Shown: in pieces, positions 13,900-25,619 of the stretch | Position numbering within the stretch: the stretch's first letter is position 1 | Layout: the number at the start of each line of letters is the position of its first letter | NCBI GenBank assembly: GCA_964016885.1 | Contig: OZ024743.1 | Location: 36,642,001 to 36,706,000, forward strand | Direction of reading: 5' to 3' | From: Eledone cirrhosa | Lineage: Eukaryota | DNA: 64,000 bases | Notes under the pieces: generated by a model | What the model was told of the DNA's origin: nothing | Seen by the model: only the letters and a program-made list of their open reading frames with translations | Databases searched by the model: none | Made by a program: the position numbers and the translations under genes

Positions 13900-14040
13900 C
13901 GACGGGTTTCCATACAGTTTCCATCTACTCAGTTTCACTCGCAAGTCTTGGATTGAGCTGAAGCTTATGTAAAGTTTCATGCACAAGACGCCACGCGGTG
14001 ATATCAAACCCGAGACTTATTAAGCACTCAAGTTTGCCTG
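13900..14040 (-). mobile_element. Degenerate CORE-type SINE (family 2)
   Basis: Similar to 20382-20550 (gggtttccatacagtttccatctac..cactcgcaag..aacccgag). Confidence 0.5.
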
Positions 14041-15520
14041 CACCCACGTAACTTCATTAAACCATTGCTAGACGCCACCATCATCTGAATCATCGAAGGA
14101 ACATTTGCGTGGTCACTCTACCTGTTAGAAATAGCTACCAACCCCGTCCCCTCAAACTACACCGTACTGTCTTAAAAAAGGACAGGCTGGATAACGAGAT
14201 CCAGGGTTTCCCTTCGTATGGGGAAAAGACAGGATGGGTACCGCTGGAGCATTTTGATTATAAAGCAATGCACATATTTTATTTTATTTGTCTTGAATTC
14301 CTTGGCAGATGAATAGTTTTCAAAACATTTGAAGAAGTTACCTGCAACCTACTTTAGGTTAATTTTGCTTCATATTTCATTTATATAAACCTTCAGAAAC
14401 AAAGCATATCCATCTGTGATTGCTGTAGATCTCTCCCCTTGTGTAATCTTACTTAAATTATGGTATGATTCCAAATTAGAAAAACGCAAGCAAATAACAA
14501 TACAGAATATCATACAAGCATACCAACCTTTAAAAACCCAAACGAGGAGTACCATGAAAAAAGGTGACTCAGAACGGGGAGAAATAAGGCAAAATGGGGA
14601 GACTTTACATAATGAAAGTTATAGCCATTTTCACAAGAGAAGACATCACTCACCCACCCCCAACTGGGTGAGAGATCTCCCCGTCCGAGGGAGAGAGTTG
14701 ACAGGTCTGATCATAATAATTCCACAGAACCAAGCTGAAGACGTTTAGTATTCTGAATATGAAGAATTTGTTTAAACTCCACGCTTCTTAATGACTTTAT
14801 AGATGATGCATTTATTAGACTTCATATATAATAAATTAAAAGGCTTTTGATGGAATATCTGCTAAAACTAGTCCAGTTCAACCATAGACTCGTTGCCCAG
14901 TCACTATCCAGGACAGAAATGTGTTTAAAAATACTCTCTTCTCTCCGGAATTAGTTTACTTCGGACAACACTATCTAATATGACCGCCCTTCTTTCTTTT
15001 TAAAGATGATATTCAGATTAGGGAGATATTTGGCTGCTTCTTCTAGTATGTAGAGGGACATCGATGAGCAGAGGTCCCCAAAGGTGTAAATATCGATCCA
15101 CCAGCGATGAATGTCGATTGAAATTTTGAATCAGAATCTGAAATTTGTATAAAAAATTAAATTATCTAAAATAGTACAGTAAAATTCAACTTGCTTATAC
15201 AGGTCTATAATATATAATTATATTGGTCTCTGATTCCCTAACGACGTATATTTCGAAGAATTCCAATGGTTAGTTAGCCAATCTAGAAAATCTCCCCTCC
15301 CTTCCACTTCAATTCATCCATTTAAACTTCGGAGAAGTTTTCCTCATTCCTTCACATACGCCATGACTATCACTATCAATTTTAACGACTAAGGTTCAAT
15401 CATAAATGAAGATTAATGTTTACATAGATTTTAGATATATATTAATAGACTTACAAAAATAACATAAGCCAACTCAAAATATTAAGTCTTCAGTGACGTC
15501 ACAGTGCCATTAGCAATAAA

Positions 15521-15960
15521 TAATTGTTTCTACTTTTGGCACAAGGCCAACAGTTACCCCAGTGCATTACTGGTACTTTATTTTATCGACCACGTAAGGA
15601 AGAAAGGCAAAGTTAACTTCGGCGGGATTTGAATTCAGTAAAGGGCCGAACTCTATGCTGCAAAGCATGGCGTCCGACTCTCTACCGATACTGCCACTCC
15701 ACCCCCCTATACTACCATAAATAATTATTTCTAGTATAGGCACAAGGCCAACAGTTTGGAGGTAAAGGGAAATCGATTCAATCTACCTTTTTACGTTACT
15801 GGTACTTTACTTTATCGACCCCGTATGGCAAAGCTAACTTTGGCGGGATATAGGCACAAGGTTTTACATTTCTGTTAATTGGTAGTTTATTTTAATTACC
15901 TCGGAAGAATGAAAAGCAAAGTTGACTTCGGCGGGATTCAATCTTAGAATGTAAAGGAAC
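15521..15960 (-). mobile_element. Cluster of family 1 SINE copies and fragments
   Basis: One near-full copy at 15521-15708, then partial copies with ggtactttattttatcgacc..ggcaaagttaacttcggcgggatt. Confidence 0.75.
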
Positions 15961-16103
15961 ATAACTAAATACTGCAAAGTATTTTGACCGTCTTTGATGT
16001 TGTGTAGCTCTGGGTCAGATTTGGGTTGGGCAGACTTATATCCAAGGACATTTTAGCTATGACCATCCCTTTTATTTGGGCATACGCTATCTGAAACAAC
16101 ATT

Positions 16104-16104
<1 letters not shown>

Positions 16105-16150
<46 letters not shown>
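16105..16150. repeat. (GATA)n microsatellite
   Basis: Direct inspection; it abuts the 3' end of a Tx1-like fragment. Confidence 0.95.
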
Positions 16151-16740
16151 TGTTTCTTTATTAGCCACAGATGCACAAAAGAAGGGGACAAATACAAAGG
16201 GGGAAGTTTACATACAATAAAAATGTGTAAAATATTATCACAAATGCAATTGAAAAGTTAATCGATTTTCCCCAATAGGGAGAGACATTTCATATGGGTA
16301 ACACATACCCCCGAAAAAATGTGCCACCCTCATCTCCAGGAGTACGAAGAGTTTGTACCCCTTTCCTCTCTTCCTCCTTTTCCTCAACCTACAGGCTGAT
16401 ATAGAGAGAAGGCCCATTCACTCGGGCCATTCTCGCCACTTTCACCCACCTTTCATAAAACTTGCTGGGGTACAACACCTCTCTCTCCATCCTGATTCTT
16501 CTTCCAAAGTGGTATTTGAAAAAAAGAATCAGTTGTTGGCCGGAGAGAAAGGTGTCTGACCTCAGCCCCTTTAACCTCGTCCACCATACAATCTCTTTCG
16601 CCATAGCTATCACACAAAGAAAAACCGCCTCTCCTTCGTTTTTGAAGGGGGGTGGCAGTTTGATCGCGACAATGGACTCGGTGGTCAACCGGATTGGTCC
16701 CACCAGCGACAATAGTCGTTCTACATAGCCCCACAGGTCG
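16151..16740 (-). mobile_element. 5'-truncated Tx1-like non-LTR element (sister family B) in (GATA)n
   Basis: Encodes EGEAVFLCVIAMAKEIVWWTRLKGL..ERWVKVARMARVNGPSLYISL*, homologous to the array ORF2 C-terminus. Its 3' end ctgtggctaataaagaaac is followed by (ATCT)n. Confidence 0.85.
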
Positions 16741-16748
16741 AGATAGAT

Positions 16749-17003
16749 ATATTTCTTTATTTGCCACAAGGGCGCACAAGAAAAGGGGACAAAACAAAGA
16801 CACATGCCGGGGATTTTACATACAGTCGTGTAAAATATTGAAACAAACAAATTGAACAATCGAAATCCCCAACAGGGGTGAGGCGTCACAAATGGGTTGT
16901 TTAAAACCCCATCGATAGAACAACCCTCAACTTCAGGAGCGTGTTGTGCAAGTGCTCCTTTCTTCCTCTTGCTCTCTTCTTCAACCTACAGGTTTATATA
17001 CAG
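16749..17003 (-). mobile_element. Second, shorter 5'-truncated Tx1-like 3' stub stacked in the (GATA)n tract
   Basis: Last codons LYINL* plus 3' UTR ending cccttgtggcaaataaagaaat, then atatctatct; GATA-like repeats at 17001-17030. Confidence 0.75.
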
Positions 17004-17649
17004 ATAGGTAGTTGGATAAATAGATAGATAAATTGTATGCTGTTTATGTTATGTACACACACACACACACACACATAAACACACACATACACACATGCAC
17101 ACACACACACACATGCACACACACATACACACATGCACACACACGCACGCACACAGCGAAAACGTTTATACCCATATATAAGTGTATATATACAGACATA
17201 GATATCTATTAGTATAAAGATGCTGATGTTAATGCAGTATTGTTGTTGGTGTTATTGTAAGTAGTGGTTGCGGTGATGTAGGTTGTGTTGGTAGTAGGGG
17301 GAGGGCTGTGTTGGTAGTGGGTGGCGGGGTGATGATGGTTGCAGAACGCAGAACTTATATTGCTGTTTAATTCGATTATTTGATACCTTGGTGGGCCATT
17401 TCTACATCATTTCACATGTCATGCATAATTACTTCACAACCAATTACAACACTTCCTTCATAGTGTCAAACGTGTCTAGCTCATCTTTACAACGGTGCCC
17501 TTAGCACTCCACCGAACTGTCACTCTATTACACACACACACACATACATATATATACATATATATATACATATATATATATATATACAGACACACAGACA
17601 CACGCGCGTAGAATTTGAAAATATAGTCGCCACAATACAGATAATTATA

Positions 17650-17835
17650 ATAATTGTTTCTACTTTTTACACAACGCCAATAATTACCCCAGTGCATTAC
17701 TGGTACTTTATTTTATCGACCCCATAAGGATGAAAGGCAAAGTTAACCTCGGCGGGATTTGAACGTAAAGGGCCATAATTCTATGCTGCAAAGAATGGTG
17801 TCTGACGCTCTACCGATACTGCCAATCCATCACCC
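17650..17835 (-). mobile_element. tRNA-derived SINE (family 1)
   Basis: Same A/B boxes, central domain and tail as 8211-8402. Confidence 0.8.
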
Positions 17836-17928
17836 AGTTAATTATGATAATAGTTAATAACTATACATCATAGTTGAACAAATCGATTGTAGAACCTCTG
17901 GAAATATAAATAAAAAGTGGATAGAAAG

Positions 17929-18000
17929 AAGTTAGGGTAATTGAACCATGCACCTCTCATGTGCCGGGCGAACGCGTTTAACCATTATGCCAATTGGCCC
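17929..18000 (-). pseudogene. tRNA-like sequence (tRNA pseudogene or SINE head)
   Basis: gggccaattggcataatggttaaacgcg..ggttcaattacc gives A box and B box spacing, but the acceptor stem is not intact. Confidence 0.45.
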
Positions 18001-18712
18001 CTGGTCGCTAATTACCGGCGTTTGTAATTTTCAGAAGAGAGAGAGTGTGTGTGTCTGTGTGTCTGTGTGTGTGTACGTCGGTGTCTGAGTGTAACTTTCG
18101 CCGATATCGGTTGAAGTTGTACACACCGACGAAATAATCAATAAACCGGTGCTTTCCAACAGAAATAGCTTCTACAAACACTCCATTGCCTTTCTCGTCA
18201 TTGGATATATTTAAATCAGAAATTGGCCTATAACCCCAGTTATAGGGGTATTGTTAGAACCCTATACCAACGACGTTATTGTTCACAAAATGCAAGGCAT
18301 AGAATTTACTAAAAATAAAAAATAAATAATAACATGTCTCCTTCATTATGAATGTTATAAAACTAATTAAAACGATAGAAGAGAACAAGTGAGATATTCA
18401 TCCTACAAAAAGAACTAATTTGATGAGAAAAGATAATTAAATAAATAAAAGAGTGGATACCTTTAATCCTTCAGCCTTCACCCAATATATTATTCGATCT
18501 CGTCTACTTGTATTTTAGATTTTACTAACTTTAGAATTGGAGACAGCTCTACGTTCTTGAGAAATAGAATCTCATTGTAAAGTTTTACAATCTTTTCATC
18601 TTTTATTCTATCAAATAATATAACTTACATTTTTAAAATATATATTTTATTAGTAGATCTTATAATTTGGACATTTAATGGCCTATAACTCAAATAAATA
18701 TATACATATACA

Positions 18713-18950
18713 TCAGCAGAGCTTGGGTTGGTCACCGAATGCACCAAGTTGCCGCTGGAGAAAGTGTCACTGCATGTAGCATCCCAGATGAGGGGTTTAC
18801 CACCATGGAACGGGAAGATCGTCATGCCGCCTGGCCTTTTGCCGTCTGGCCTTTTGCCGTTCCATAGGTCCAGTCCCACCGGCTCGAGCTGGGAGGGAAA
18901 GCCTGCAGCATTCAAGCCATGCTTTATGACATCAAATGTGGATGCAGCAT
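18713..18950 (-). pseudogene. RLE-endonuclease fragment of a CRE-like non-LTR retrotransposon
   Basis: DVIKHGLNAAGFPSQLEP..GKRPDG..MTIFPFHGGKPLIWDATCSDT matches the RPDGxT..WDxTxxD pattern; it has a 15-bp internal duplication (GKRPD/GKRPG). Confidence 0.7.
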
Positions 18951-19344
18951 AGGCAAATGGTTAAAAAGTTCGATCCTACTACGTGGCAACAAAGGAAAGT
19001 GTCATTTGCCAAACCCTTGGATCGATCCATGTATTATGAGTGAAATTGGAGACGAAAACTGTTTGGAAGCTTATCGGATGGACGTCACAGGGTTATCTTT
19101 GTCACACACAAAATGTGTCACTCTGAATCTCACTGAGAACTACTGTAAGGATACACGTGTCTGGAATTCTAAAGACAAATACATGGAACATTCTTGAATG
19201 TATTTCTTATCCATCACTGGGTTTAACACCACCATCTGGCTCTTGAGTACCCTTAGTGGAGTCAACCTTATGACAAGCATTCAGACTAAGTATTTGATTT
19301 GGGGGGTGTCTCCCACTCGTTGCCTGCTATTAATACCTGCTCAG

Positions 19345-19550
19345 GTTGGTGGATTGGTAGTATCGGTAGACCGCTGGACAACATGCTTCGCGGCATAGAG
19401 TTACGACCCTTTACGTTCAAATCTCGCCGTGGATAGCTTTGCCTTTCATTCTTATGGGGTCGTTAATAAAGTCCAGTAACTACTAGGATGGATTTAATCG
19501 ACTTTCCTTTCTCCCCAAATTCTGGCCTTGTACCTAAAGTAGAAACAATT
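19345..19550 (+). mobile_element. tRNA-derived SINE (family 1, diverged)
   Basis: ttggtagtatcggtag A box, gttcaaatct B box, tail aaagtagaaacaatt. Confidence 0.7.
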
Positions 19551-19986
19551 ATATATCTGCTCTACCATGACTGACATTTAGTTAAAAAAATAACAAAAAC
19601 AACTTTTCTAAACGTGCTTTTATTCTTAGTTTCAGTCATTAAGATGCGGTCATACTGGGGCACCACTCTGAATGGATTTAGCCGATTATATCGACCTAGA
19701 AATAAAGTACCAGTAAGTATATATCAGTAAGTACATATCGACCTAGAAATAAAGTACCAGTAAGTACTGGGGTGGATTTAATCGACTTTCCCCTCCCCTT
19801 CAAATTGTTGGCCTTGTGACTAAAGTAGAAACAATTGTATACCTGTTCTACCATGACTGACATTAGTTTTAAAAAAACAGCAAGAACAACTTTTCTAAAC
19901 ATGCTTTTATTCTTGGTTTCAGTCATTAAAATGCGGTCATGTTGGGGCACCACTCTGAATGGATTTAGCCGATCATATCGTCCTAG
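19490..19986 (+). repeat. Local ~290-bp-period direct duplication including a SINE 3' end
   Basis: 19490-19698 and 19775-19986 are similar; tcgacctagaaataaagtaccagtaagta is also duplicated at the junction. Confidence 0.75.
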
Positions 19987-20184
19987 GTGTTTATATTTTC
20001 AACTTTGATACTTACTTTAGCGGTCTTTTTTTTTAAATTCTTTTGTAGAATCGCAAAGTTAAACTCAAAGAACTGATAGCCACAAAGCTGTTCTAACAAC
20101 TCTGCCAATTCGTCGCCTATTTTCGGACTTAAAAGATAGCAAATTACCAAGGAATTCACACACACACACATATATGTATGTATG

Positions 20185-20220
<36 letters not shown>

Positions 20221-20223
<3 letters not shown>

Positions 20224-20266
20224 ACTAGAGCTGATAATTTCTCCTGAATGAAACAGTTCTAGTCCT
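20221..20266 (+). ncRNA. Degenerate hammerhead-like motif starting at (TA)n
   Basis: aggactaga/tctagtcct stem enclosing CTGATAA..GAAA; core and stem III are damaged. Confidence 0.35.
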
Positions 20267-20349
20267 GTAGAAACAATTTCTATATTAAATATCTATGTAT
20301 TGAGTACCTTATTTACTGTGGTTACCCCCGATTGAACCCGGGACAAACT

Positions 20350-20380
<31 letters not shown>

Positions 20381-20381
20381 T

Positions 20382-20550
20382 ACGGGCTTCCGTACACTTT
20401 CCGTCAACAAAATTACACTCACGGGGCATTGGTCAACCCATGACTATTATAGAAGAGAAGACACTCGTGCGAGATAATGTGCTCTGTGACTGAACCCGAA
20501 GTCACGTAACTGCGAAGCTAATTCCTCAATAATACAGCCATGTCTGTGTC
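20382..20550 (-). mobile_element. Degenerate CORE-type tRNA-derived SINE (family 2)
   Basis: Minus strand has ggctgtattattgagg..gggttcagtcac (B-box-like) followed by the SINE body. Confidence 0.55.
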
Positions 20551-20614
20551 TAGTTATTTACGAAATTTTGGTAATTTATGATATTTTAAGTTAGAAAATA
20601 GGTGACGAATTTAC

Positions 20615-20725
20615 AGAGTTGTTAGAACGTCGGGTAGAACGTCCGGCTATCTGCCCTTTGAGTTTAAATCCCACCGAGGTCAACTTTGTCCTTCGTCTTT
20701 TCGAGGTCGATAAATAAAGTACCAG
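20615..20725 (+). mobile_element. Partial family 1 SINE
   Basis: gagtttaaatcccaccgaggtcaactttg..gaggtcgataaataaagtaccag. Confidence 0.6.
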
Positions 20726-21006
20726 ACTTTCTCACTTCTCCTCGTCTCTCTTTCTCCCTCACTCCCCACGCCACGTCTCTAATTCTCACTCTCTCTCTCT
20801 TGTTCTCTCTCTCTCTCCCATCTCTCTCCCTTCCTCCCCCCTCTCTCTCCCGCTCTCTCTACTGGAAGAAATCGTGTGTGTTTAAAGTGCCCAGACATAC
20901 CGTATGTCACAACGGTGTCCCTACAACTCCATATGAAGCTATGAGTCCATACAAAGTCAGAAAATAGTGTAATACCTCAGCCAAGTTTGTGCAGCGAGTT
21001 TGTACA

Positions 21007-21055
<49 letters not shown>

Positions 21056-21356
21056 TAGTACAACATCATCGAAGCTCTGGTTGCAGCCAAGCTAACGAAT
21101 GCAATCTCGGTGTATTACCCTAGAGTTATAACATTACGTTTAGACAGCGACCGATAGACGGGCCGCAGTGACCATAGCGACGAAAAAAACTGAACTCAGG
21201 AAACAATTTTGACTGACCTGGACCATCGCGTCGACATCATACACAACGCATGATATATACCATATAATATACATCACATATAATATATAACATCTCCGCT
21301 AGGTTTCTGTAAATCCGAAATCGACAAAATCCACTTGCAGGGGTCTATATATATAC

Positions 21357-21539
21357 AAAGGTGTGGTAAGATACCAGGTGGACCATAACGCACCAGAGTA
21401 CTCGATACTTAGGGTAATAGAGTGTGTAATAGGAAAAGAGTCAGGACCCCGACGGCTGAGCTCCGGCGGTTTCGACACCTAGATTCGGATCTAGCTGTCG
21501 AAACGACCGGAGCTCAGCCGTCGGGGTCCTGACTCTTTT

Positions 21540-21545
<6 letters not shown>
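21357..21545. repeat. Asymmetric fold-back of the 12820-13014 family, flanked by TA runs
   Basis: The long left arm matches 12830-12920. Hairpin ataggaaaagagtcaggacc..ctagat-tcgg-atctag..ggtcctgactcttttcctat is centred at ~21487. Confidence 0.85.
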
Positions 21546-21574
<29 letters not shown>

Positions 21575-21612
21575 TTGCGAGGTTTTTGATATGAAATCGT
21601 GTGTCGAAACAA

Positions 21613-21870
21613 ATATTGTTATACTTGGGGAGGATCATATTTGTGTAATAATATTGCCAGAATTAATAACAGAACACACTCACTGTTTGGTTGGTTTTCG
21701 CTTCTGTGTCTTTTATATCGGTAATTTAATTTATTCGGTCCTCAATGTTGCCATTGACTGACCAACGGTCAAAAATAATACAGATACAATATAGACACAA
21801 ACACATATATATAGTTTATCAAAGTTCTTTCGTTACACATCTGCAACATCGTCAGTGGTGCTATTGTTTC
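21613..21870 (-). repeat. Left inverted terminal repeat (3' pLTR) of the Penelope-like element, hammerhead core on the minus strand
   Basis: Reverse complement contains CTGACGA-tgttgcagatgtgtaac-GAAA-gaac-TT. Confidence 0.8.
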
Positions 21871-21899
21871 TGTTATGTATGTTGTTGTTATGTTTCTGC

Positions 21900-23340
21900 A
21901 AGTACCCACTGTACATCCTATGCTATAGACTACGTTTCTAGTTTTACAGTTTATCCGGGGGTTTACTCACTCTACATATGATACATTTCCTATTAGTACA
22001 GTGGGTTTTCTTAAAAGGGTAGGTTTTGCTGATCAGGGATTTTATGGTGGTTTCTGGCTTTTCTACCACCTTAATCTTTAAGTGGGTCTTTCTCAGGGCC
22101 TTTCTACACTGGTTAGCTAATTTCCCTCTAGGGGTGCGTCCACAAACATGACACTCTGGTATCTCTGGTTGTCGTACCATGAGGTGGCTTTCCCTATCTT
22201 ATGTCTAGTCCTATCTAAGCTATTCCATGATTTGCTCCTGTATAATGGGCAAATTCCTTTCATGCCCAGTTCTATGAGAGTCTTATACTTCTCCGTGGCT
22301 CCTTCGTATACTCTGATTATGTCTCTTTGGTTGTAACCAGAGAACTGCATGCGGTTGATGAAGTGTTGGATGTGTCTTTCCATTTCTGTTGAGTCGCACA
22401 TGCGGGACACGTTCTTCATCACTCGTACCAAGTCTGCGATCAGAATATTAAACTTAGCACTACTGGACATTGCTGAGTTTTTGAGTATCAGGTATTTGGA
22501 GGCCATGGGTTTAGCATAGTGTGAGTGGAGAATTTGGGCTCTCTCGTCTATAGCGTTAATCCAGAGTTCCGTGTCTAATACAGGTAGTCTATTGTTAGGG
22601 TGTTTGGAAGGGTAGTCGATAGTTACAGTTATACTCTGGTGTATGGAATTAGCTATCTGCTGGATGCTTTCCATTGTGCTACGTTCTAAATCAAACTTGT
22701 TAGTGCTCTCTTGTGGGGATGTCCTTATTACTATATTGATGTCGTCTACGTAACGAGAGTACATGATGAGGTCTATGGATCTCTCATCAATGAGATCTTT
22801 GAGTCTCCTTTCCCACCATACCATAAAAAGGTTGGCAACGTCACCAGCTATGCTGACGCCAATGGCTGCTCCCTCATTTTGGGTGTAAATCTTCTCGTTG
22901 AACTTGAATATGTGGCTCTTTAGGGTAGTTTTGATACTAGCCCCTATTGCGTGTGCGACCATTTTTCTTACCTGATCATTGTTTTGGGGGGTCCGTATAG
23001 CCTTGGTCCACCCAATCCACCTTCCCATGGGAGTCTTTTTTGCCACTGAGGTTATGGTGGGGCGTCTACCTCTTATGGGTCTACTGGGGCAGAAACGTCT
23101 AAGGTCATGGCTGTCTAGGTAGTCAGTGTCGTAGGTAAGTCTAAGTAGGAGGCTCAGTTCGTCTGTGTCGACGTCGCAGAACTCCACCTCACTCTCAATG
23201 ATCATCTCCACACATTTTTCCACAGCAAAATCAATCTTAATGGATGGGTACAGTGATACCACATCCATGCTGCCTATTATGCAGTTGGATAGGTTCCTGT
23301 TTTTGTTGCACTCACTGATTCTGCTGAGGAGGTCCTCTGT
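21900..23340 (-). pseudogene. Penelope-like reverse transcriptase (ORF 22117-23268) with frameshifted linker and N-terminal GIY-YIG remnant
   Basis: SMDVVSLYPSI, QNEGAAIG..ANLFM, YSRYVDDI and LPVLD motifs; then CTNRKCIIC and, in another frame, NCKTRNVVYSIGC. The rest of the endonuclease is missing. Confidence 0.85.
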
Positions 23341-23605
23341 ACTGTACTGTCCTCTGTACTGTCACATACATCTGGGGACATAAATACATACACAAGCACA
23401 ATAACAACAAACACATATAAACACACACTAGTAAACTAAGATAGAATACATTAACCAATACACAGTCACTCAAACAAGAACACACATCAAACAAAATACT
23501 ATACACACACGCAAACGCATGCGCAGAGAAGACAAAAAAAAACAAAACAAATAAATAAATAAACAGACTAAATAAAGATGGCGTAAGCATACAATGCAAC
23601 GGGAG

Positions 23606-23862
23606 GAAACATAATAGCAACACTGACGATGTTGCAGATGTGCAACGAAAGAACTTTGATAGACTATATATATGTGTTTGTGTCTATATTGTATCTGTAT
23701 TTTTGACCGTTGGTCAGTCAATGGCAACATTGAAGACCGAATAAATTAAATTAACCGATATAAAAGACACAGAAGCGAAAACCAACCTAACAGTGAGTGT
23801 GTTCTGTTATTAATTCTGGCAATATTATTACACAAATATGATCCTCCCCAAGTATAACAATA
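23606..23862 (+). repeat. Right inverted terminal repeat with hammerhead core
   Basis: CTGACGA 23623-23629, stem II gttgca/tgcaac, GAAA 23647-23650; ends at (TA)n. Confidence 0.8.
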
Positions 23863-23908
23863 TATATATATATATATATATATACAGAGAGAGAGAGGGA
23901 GGGAGAGA

Positions 23909-23989
<81 letters not shown>

Positions 23990-24080
23990 AATCGAAATAA
24001 AAACATGTCAATTTCGTTGTACTGTAAAAGCTGAATGGAATTAAGATTCGAAAAAACCCGTTCCAGATCTCACTTAATCA

Positions 24081-24636
24081 AGAATATTACAGAAAAGAAA
24101 ATAATTATGTAATGTAATACATATGACAGGTACAAAAGCAATCAGGATATAGAAAAATATTACTTACATTACTTATACCTACAGTAATCTTATAGAGCTG
24201 TTTCAAGTCTCAAAGAAAAACATCCACAAATTACCATGTTTGATATTACCAAGGTAGAACTAATGGACTTCAAGACAGAGATTCTCTTCAGTCTTTGAAC
24301 TAGTACCACAAAATATAATTTGTCCATTGGTAGACCAATTGAATAACTGACTTGCAGCTGTATCAATATCGACAAATGACACCACACTGGAATGGCATCA
24401 TATGGACAATTAAATGTTGATGAAAGAGCTACAAATAGCTCAACTCATTCAAATAGAGCAGCTCACCCAAAATATAGGAGCAGTATATAAAAATAAAACC
24501 ATCTCGATTTCGGTGTTCAGCAAAGCTCAATAGAAGTAAGATTTATATATATAGAAGAATATTACAAGAATATTACAAAAAACAAAATATTTATGTAATG
24601 TAATACATATGACAGGTACAAAAGCAATCAGAATAT
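24081..24636 (+). repeat. ~70-bp direct repeats (24081-24151, 24567-24636) flanking ~415 bp of unexplained sequence
   Basis: ttatgtaatgtaatacatatgacaggtacaaaagcaatcag occurs twice. Confidence 0.7.
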
Positions 24637-24642
24637 ACGTGT

Positions 24643-24872
<230 letters not shown>

Positions 24873-24982
24873 AAATAACTTTCTACTTAAATCAACAGAA
24901 TTTTCTAGTGAATAAATTAAATGCTGACCTATTGAACCCCACTTCCATCTTCACCACCTCACCTTCATAAACAAATATATAA

Positions 24983-25073
24983 TTTTCGGCGGAAGCAAGG
25001 GAGTACGTGGCTCTGATGAATGCCAACCACCATGAAACAGACTGTCAGCTTCTCTCCCTTCTTTCGCCGAAAA
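24983..25073 (+). ncRNA. Type I hammerhead ribozyme with long stem I
   Basis: ttttcggcggaag-aagggag-ggct pairs with agct-ctccctt-ctttcgccgaaaa. CTGATGA 25013-25019, stem II atg/cat, GAAA 25034-25037, stem III cag/ctg, GUC cleavage after 25046. Confidence 0.8.
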
Positions 25074-25213
25074 GAAGTAAGTGACATAGTCACTACTTTA
25101 AAACTCATAGTATGGGTCTTCTAAATGTTTTTAATTAAACATACGGTATATTGCCAAATATACTATACATATATTCATGTATACGTCACTATTTCAGAAC
25201 ACCAGTCCTAATA

Positions 25214-25252
<39 letters not shown>

Positions 25253-25619
25253 AAGTGATCGAGAATGTGTCTTTGTTCCCAATTCTTTATGATGACCCAG
25301 CCAGCTGAATTCGTATATTTTATAACTTTTATAGCTTTATAGCAAACTAATCTCAATTCATTGCGATTTAGTGCAATTTTTTCAAACGTTTGTGTAGGAA
25401 TCTTAGTCGTTTTCAGATTAACTTTCAGCTTGTCCTTGTACTTCAGCTATGGACTTTAAAAATTCTATTGTCACTCATTCTGATGATATGACCAATTTAT
25501 TTTAATTGGGATTGCAAAAGAAAGGATTCAATGCCATCAATTCTACATTTAGAAAAGAGGTCAATATTCTAAATTTTATCATTTAAGTTTTAACAACAAA
25601 TGGTCCGCAGACGTCGCTA

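Larger units (their letters stand above)
21613..23862 (-). mobile_element. Penelope-like element (5'-truncated RT, partial GIY-YIG) bounded by inverted ~260-bp pLTR-like repeats
   Basis: PLE-type RT motifs, a Cys-rich linker and a VVY motif; 21613-21870 is the reverse complement of 23606-23862, whose outer end abuts (TA)n. Confidence 0.85.

Noticed and set aside
17929-18000. Functional tRNA gene
   Set aside because: A and B boxes are present but the cloverleaf stems do not close, so it is kept only as a tRNA-like relic.
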